Below are positions 12,307-13,016 of a stretch of 13,016 bases of DNA, piece by piece. Made by a program: the position numbers and the translations under genes. Each line of letters begins with the position of its first letter. Within the stretch, counting starts at the first letter, position 1. The stretch comes from a virus (lineage: Duplodnaviria; Heunggongvirae; Uroviricota; Caudoviricetes). Under the pieces are notes generated by a model. It ran no database searches, was not told the DNA's origin, and saw only the letters and a program-made list of their open reading frames with translations. The stretch lies in IMG/VR virus record IMGVR_UViG_3300033066_001079, positions 1-13,016 of that record, one strand, 5' to 3'.

Positions 12307-13016
12307 TTACTTATCAGCGAACATGGCTTCAACGTAGGCAGCCGGATAGAGCTTCTTCCAATAAGTCTTCCATTCGTTCTTGGTCTTGGAGTCGAGATTA
12401 GCAATCTTGACATAAGCAGGAGACGAAGCTTCCTTCTTCTCGGCCTTGTCAGACTTCTCAGCCTTCTTCTCGCCTTCAGAACCGTCGTCGCCCTTAGAAG
12501 ATGGAGCGCCGCAGCACTCGTCAACCTTATGGGTTACGCCCTTGTTCTCAGCAGGAACCTCGTCATTTGAGGCCTTCTTGCCAACTGGCTTGCCCTTGAT
12601 TTCCTCAACCTTAACTTTCTTGGTAACGATTACTGGCTTCTTGCCAGCTTCCTTTACCTCAGCCTTGGCTTCGGATTCCTTCTTCTTTTCGCCTTCTGGC
12701 TTGCCGGTGTTGGTTCCGCCAACTGGGTCCATTTCCTGCATCTTGACGTGGCATTCCCCGTCCTTGCTCTTGCAGTCGCCCTTCTCGGCTACCTTAACTT
12801 CCTTCTCAGCGGTAGCTTCTTTCTCTTCCGCTTCTGGCTTTGCTTCTACAGTGCCTTCTGGCTTCTTTGCCTCGTCCTTCTTGCCGAAAGGAGGAGCCTT
12901 CTTGTCTCCAAAATTGGAGGCATTAGCTTCCTTAGTTACGGCTTCAGTAGAAGCGGTCTTGCTGAGAGCAGCATTGCTTTCTGCGAGCTTCTGGACGAAT
13001 GCCCCGAAGCCAGCAG
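12307..13016 (-). CDS. 5'-truncated K/E/A-rich protein (more than 235 aa visible) with an aromatic C-terminal helix; scaffold/core-like
   Basis: The frame of the track's 144-aa ORF stays open to the right edge (AGFGAFVQKLAESNAALSKTASTEAVTKEANASNFGDKKAPPFGKK...CHVKMQEMDPV), so the true start is outside the window. Ends AYVKIANLDSKTKNEWKTYWKKLYPAAYVEAMFADK. Confidence 0.8.
   Translation of the reverse strand, partial: AGFGAFVQKLAESNAALSKTASTEAVTKEANASNFGDKKAPPFGKKDEAKKPEGTVEAKPEAEEKEATAEKEVKVAEKGDCKSKDGECHVKMQEMDPVGGTNTGKPEGEKKKESEAKAEVKEAGKKPVIVTKKVKVEEIKGKPVGKKASNDEVPAENKGVTHKVDECCGAPSSKGDDGSEGEKKAEKSDKAEKKEASSPAYVKIANLDSKTKNEWKTYWKKLYPAAYVEAMFADK

Larger units (their letters stand above)
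1..13016 (-). mobile_element. Head-morphogenesis module of a large tailed virus (phage or prophage)
   Basis: All long ORFs lie on the minus strand. Only about 46 nt are non-coding if the 9401 frameshift is real (8937-8948, 10649-10651, 12276-12306). Portal-like and prohead-protease-like genes occur in head-module order, and AGGAG/GGAGGT Shine-Dalgarno motifs precede several starts. Free phage versus prophage and host cannot be determined from this window. Confidence 0.85.

Noticed and set aside
3848-12524. Short alternative-frame minus-strand ORFs (3848-4057, 5401-5616, 6204-6419, 6620-6847, 7028-7693, 11915-12208, 12291-12524)
   Set aside because: They are nested out of frame in better-supported genes and have no recognisable motifs.
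12739-12741. Track start MQEMDPV for the 144-aa ORF
   Set aside because: The frame is open to the window edge with the same composition, so the gene is 5'-truncated.
1-13016. Stop-codon reassignment (as in some large phages); CRISPR array; tRNA or rRNA; intrinsic terminators
   Set aside because: The standard code gives near-complete coding density. No gene here ends in TAG, but eight stops are too few to interpret. All repeats are in-frame coding repeats, and no non-coding gap exceeds 31 nt.

Overview
The window is a nearly gap-free, single-strand (minus) head-morphogenesis gene block of a large tailed dsDNA prokaryotic virus (phage or prophage). In transcription order (right to left) it holds: a 5'-truncated K/E/A-rich protein ending in an aromatic helix (12307->13016), a 282-aa protein, a 261-aa protein, a 415-aa protein whose A9-G run before the stop opens into a 151-codon -1-frame extension with a Zn ribbon, a 775-aa portal protein carrying a 77-aa Gly/Met linker and a C-terminal DUF559/Vsr-like nuclease domain, a 147-aa protein, a 594-aa protein of unknown function, and a giant ORF missing from the supplied track (4388-><1, at least 1462 codons, translated by hand with no in-frame stop). 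That ORF starts with an HK97/assemblin-type prohead protease and continues into a scaffold-like region with two Shine-Dalgarno-preceded internal starts, six T-[QE]-x-Q-[LW] repeats, Zn ribbons and Gly/Met tracts. K-x-A motifs and a short phi-phi-D-x-L-phi motif recur across the proteins and may be maturation-cleavage and docking signals. All plus-strand ORFs look like shadows. No rRNA, tRNA, CRISPR array, terminase or major capsid gene is visible. Family assignments come from motif recognition only; no database search was run.
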